A stretch of 64,000 bases of DNA from Amoebidium appalachense. Taxonomy: Eukaryota > Protista > Ichthyosporea. Within the stretch, counting starts at the first letter, position 1; each line of letters begins with the position of its first letter. Under the pieces are notes generated by a model, which was not told the origin of the DNA, did no database searches, and saw nothing but the letters and a program-made list of their open reading frames with translations. The translations under genes and the position numbers were made by a program. Where the stretch lies: contig CAVNZM010000006.1 in NCBI GenBank assembly GCA_963693365.1, positions 8,249,355-8,313,354 on the forward strand. Direction: 5' to 3'. Shown here piece by piece: positions 61,768 to 64,000 of this stretch.

Positions 61768-63630
61768 GTGTCTGTGGATGTGTCTTCTTGGGTTCCGGGG
61801 TTGCTTGCTTATAAGTGTAGGAGAGGGGGGGGGAGGTATTTGTCGGTGTCTGAGGTCGGGACCGAGTCTCATGGCTCGGCCCCTGCCTTAGCACCTACGG
61901 CTTTGATCTTAGCTCAGGAGGAAGATGTGTTGATTGGTCTGGTTAAGAATTATTTAAAGGGGCCGGTTGATTCGATTAAATTTACAAATAAAAGGCAGAT
62001 GATTAAGGTAGCTAAGTTAGCAAAAATGTGTCAGGTAGAGCAGGATTTAGTTTATCATTGTTCTGGGCCAGACGGACACCGAGTTTGGGTCCCGACGGCA
62101 CTTGTGCCTGAGGTTTTGCATATGGTGCATGAGCATCCCATGGCTGGTCATTTAGGTGTAAATAGGACGTTGCTTCGTGTTAATCGTTCGTATTTTTGGC
62201 CGGGTATGAGTAGGGAGGTGAGGGATTATGTGTTGTCATGCATGCATTGTCAGGAAAGGAATGAGAGTCCCCACTCTCGTTCCCGCCCGTCGTTTATTAG
62301 GGATTTTAATGTTCGTATGTTTGAAAGGGTAGCAGTGGATGTGGTCGGTCCTTTTAATTCTACGGTTGAGGGTAACACTGTTCTTGTTACCGTCACCGAT
62401 GTGGCCACTCGTTGGGTTGAAGTTTTTCCTCTCCCCACTGCTAATGCCGTTTTGTTTGCTCGTATTTTTGTGGATGAAATTTGTCTTAGGTTTGGTTGTC
62501 CTCGTGTTTTGTTAACGGATAGGAGTCGTGTGTTTTTAAATCAGTTGGTGTCGGAGGTGTGTAAAATTTTAAGGGTAGCTCATATCACTACGTCTGCATA
62601 TCACCCTCAAGCAAATGCCATCTCTGAACGTGTGCATGCAGTGTTTCAGAAGTCCTTTGGCAAAATGGTGGATGTGGAGGCTAATGATTGGGATCATATG
62701 TCTAGGTTTATTGCTCATTCATATAATTCTACCCCTCATGCTGTGACTGGTTTTTCTCCGTTTTATTTGGTCTATGGGCAGGAGGCTATTAGTTTGTTAG
62801 ATACGGCACTTTTGCCGATGGGGGGGGCTGACCGACTAACTTATCCCCACTGGACTGAGTTCCGGGAGCAGCTACTAACCCGGGCCCGGGCTGCACGTGA
62901 TGCAGCTCTGGCCCGTACACAGCAGGCACAGGCACGTACAGACGTGTCCACACGTCCGTTACGTGAATTTGCCGAGGGTACTTTAGTTTTAATTAGGGAT
63001 CATACTAGGAAGAAGAGATATAAGCAGGAGCAGGAAGGTAAGGGTGAAGGTGAAGGTCTTCGTAAGTATGGTAAGAAATGGTTGCCTCTTTTTATCGGTC
63101 CGTATAAAATAGTGGCTAGGTTAGGTCCGACGGAATATAAGGTGCAGAGGTTAGATAATGAGAGTGATGTTAGATTTTATAATGTAGATGATATAAAGGA
63201 ATATTATGATAGGGCCCTTAGGGTTAAACGGCCGGAGGGCCGTCGAGTGTTAGATGCATTCACCCCCGACTATGACGGGTCGGTGGATGTATCGGAGGCT
63301 GCAGTAGATAAAATTATGGATAAAAAGGTTATCGAAGGTAAGGAAGGTAAGGTAAATTATTATTTAATTCGTTTTGAGGGAGGTTATCAGGAAGATCAGT
63401 GGTTGCCTGAGTTTCATTTGGATTGCCCGTTTTCTATTCGTGCTTATGAGGCTAGATTAGTGCAGAGGGAGTTGCCTAGTGCTCCCTCTCGGCCAAAGAG
63501 AGTTATTCCTCAGTTTAATCGTGGTGTGAAAAAGTCGGTGGGGGAGGGGGCCGGGGGGGGAGTGATGCAAATACACGTAGACACACGGGGGGAGGGGGAG
63601 GGAGGGGAGGGAGACCGAGGAGGAGTGTGA
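61768..63630 (+). CDS. Integrase with GPY/F and chromodomain (frameshifted from RT-RH in a G-rich tract)
   Basis: H..GHLG...C..CQ, VAVDVVGP, LTDR, YHPQANAISER, FIGPY, then VDKIMD...YYLIRFEG...DQWLPEFHL. Confidence 0.93.
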   Translation: MSVDVSSWVPGLLAYKCRRGGGRYLSVSEVGTESHGSAPALAPTALILAQEEDVLIGLVKNYLKGPVDSIKFTNKRQMIKVAKLAKMCQVEQDLVYHCSGPDGHRVWVPTALVPEVLHMVHEHPMAGHLGVNRTLLRVNRSYFWPGMSREVRDYVLSCMHCQERNESPHSRSRPSFIRDFNVRMFERVAVDVVGPFNSTVEGNTVLVTVTDVATRWVEVFPLPTANAVLFARIFVDEICLRFGCPRVLLTDRSRVFLNQLVSEVCKILRVAHITTSAYHPQANAISERVHAVFQKSFGKMVDVEANDWDHMSRFIAHSYNSTPHAVTGFSPFYLVYGQEAISLLDTALLPMGGADRLTYPHWTEFREQLLTRARAARDAALARTQQAQARTDVSTRPLREFAEGTLVLIRDHTRKKRYKQEQEGKGEGEGLRKYGKKWLPLFIGPYKIVARLGPTEYKVQRLDNESDVRFYNVDDIKEYYDRALRVKRPEGRRVLDAFTPDYDGSVDVSEAAVDKIMDKKVIEGKEGKVNYYLIRFEGGYQEDQWLPEFHLDCPFSIRAYEARLVQRELPSAPSRPKRVIPQFNRGVKKSVGEGAGGGVMQIHVDTRGEGEGGEGDRGGV

Positions 63631-63833
63631 ACGTAGTCGTAGGAATTTAATTTATTATCATAGGTGTCTCCGTAGGTATCAAGCTTATGGTGTAGATTAA
63701 TTTATTATTTTTCTTCGTAATTTATTTAATTTAATTTTTTTTAGGAGACTGATTAGTCTATGTCTTTTTAGGGGGTGTTAGATGTAATGTGACTGAGGTG
63801 GGACTCAGCTTTTCCGGGGGCCGGGGGGGGAGT

Positions 63834-63884
63834 TGACATATACTAATCCGTCTCAGCAGATTAGCCTAAGTCTACGATCGAGAT

Positions 63885-63921
<37 letters not shown>

Positions 63922-64000
63922 GGCCCGGGTCCACAGATCATCAAGATCAAGTCCGGGGCCTCAAGATAGCTGTACAGCTGCGTGCATCTTGCCTCTGCCG
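63834..64000 (+). repeat. 3' LTR (partial)
   Basis: Identical to 55570-55633 joined to 56239-56350, apart from G-run length. Confidence 0.95.

Larger units (their letters stand above)
55570..64000 (+). mobile_element. Ty3/gypsy chromodomain-bearing LTR retrotransposon (3' LTR runs off the window)
   Basis: Identical LTR starts TGACATATACTAATCCG... at 55570 and 63834; PPT at 63816-63832; gag-PR-RT-RH-IN-chromo order. Confidence 0.96.

Overview
Eukaryotic (non-prokaryotic) genomic window with three zones. (1) ~0.35-28.7 kb, with further virus-like genes at ~33.1-33.9 kb and ~45.6-46.1 kb, is an intronless, gene-dense endogenous dsDNA virus of the Nucleocytoviricota/Bamfordvirae type. It has a double jelly-roll major capsid protein, a probable penton, an A22/RuvC resolvase, a YqaJ exonuclease, a D5-like SF3 helicase, two CE-clan-like cysteine proteases, a C2H2 zinc-finger protein, a five-member Bro-N/KilA-like family with different C-termini, several PD-(D/E)XK nucleases and small secreted or membrane proteins. 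No DNA polymerase, RNA polymerase or packaging ATPase is recognisable in the window. A recurrent GGTATAAAAG TATA box and AATAAA signals point to host Pol II transcription, and several frameshifts indicate early decay or assembly errors. (2) ~29-55 kb is rich in repeats and microsatellites. It holds a 616-aa orphan ORF flanked by inverted arrays of a 50-bp unit, a spliced KDM4-like JmjN/JmjC histone demethylase gene with intact metal ligands, and transposon relics. (3) 55.57-64 kb is a nearly complete chromodomain-bearing Ty3/gypsy LTR retrotransposon whose 5' LTR carries a nested 605-bp solo LTR. All family assignments come from reading motifs by eye, with no database search.
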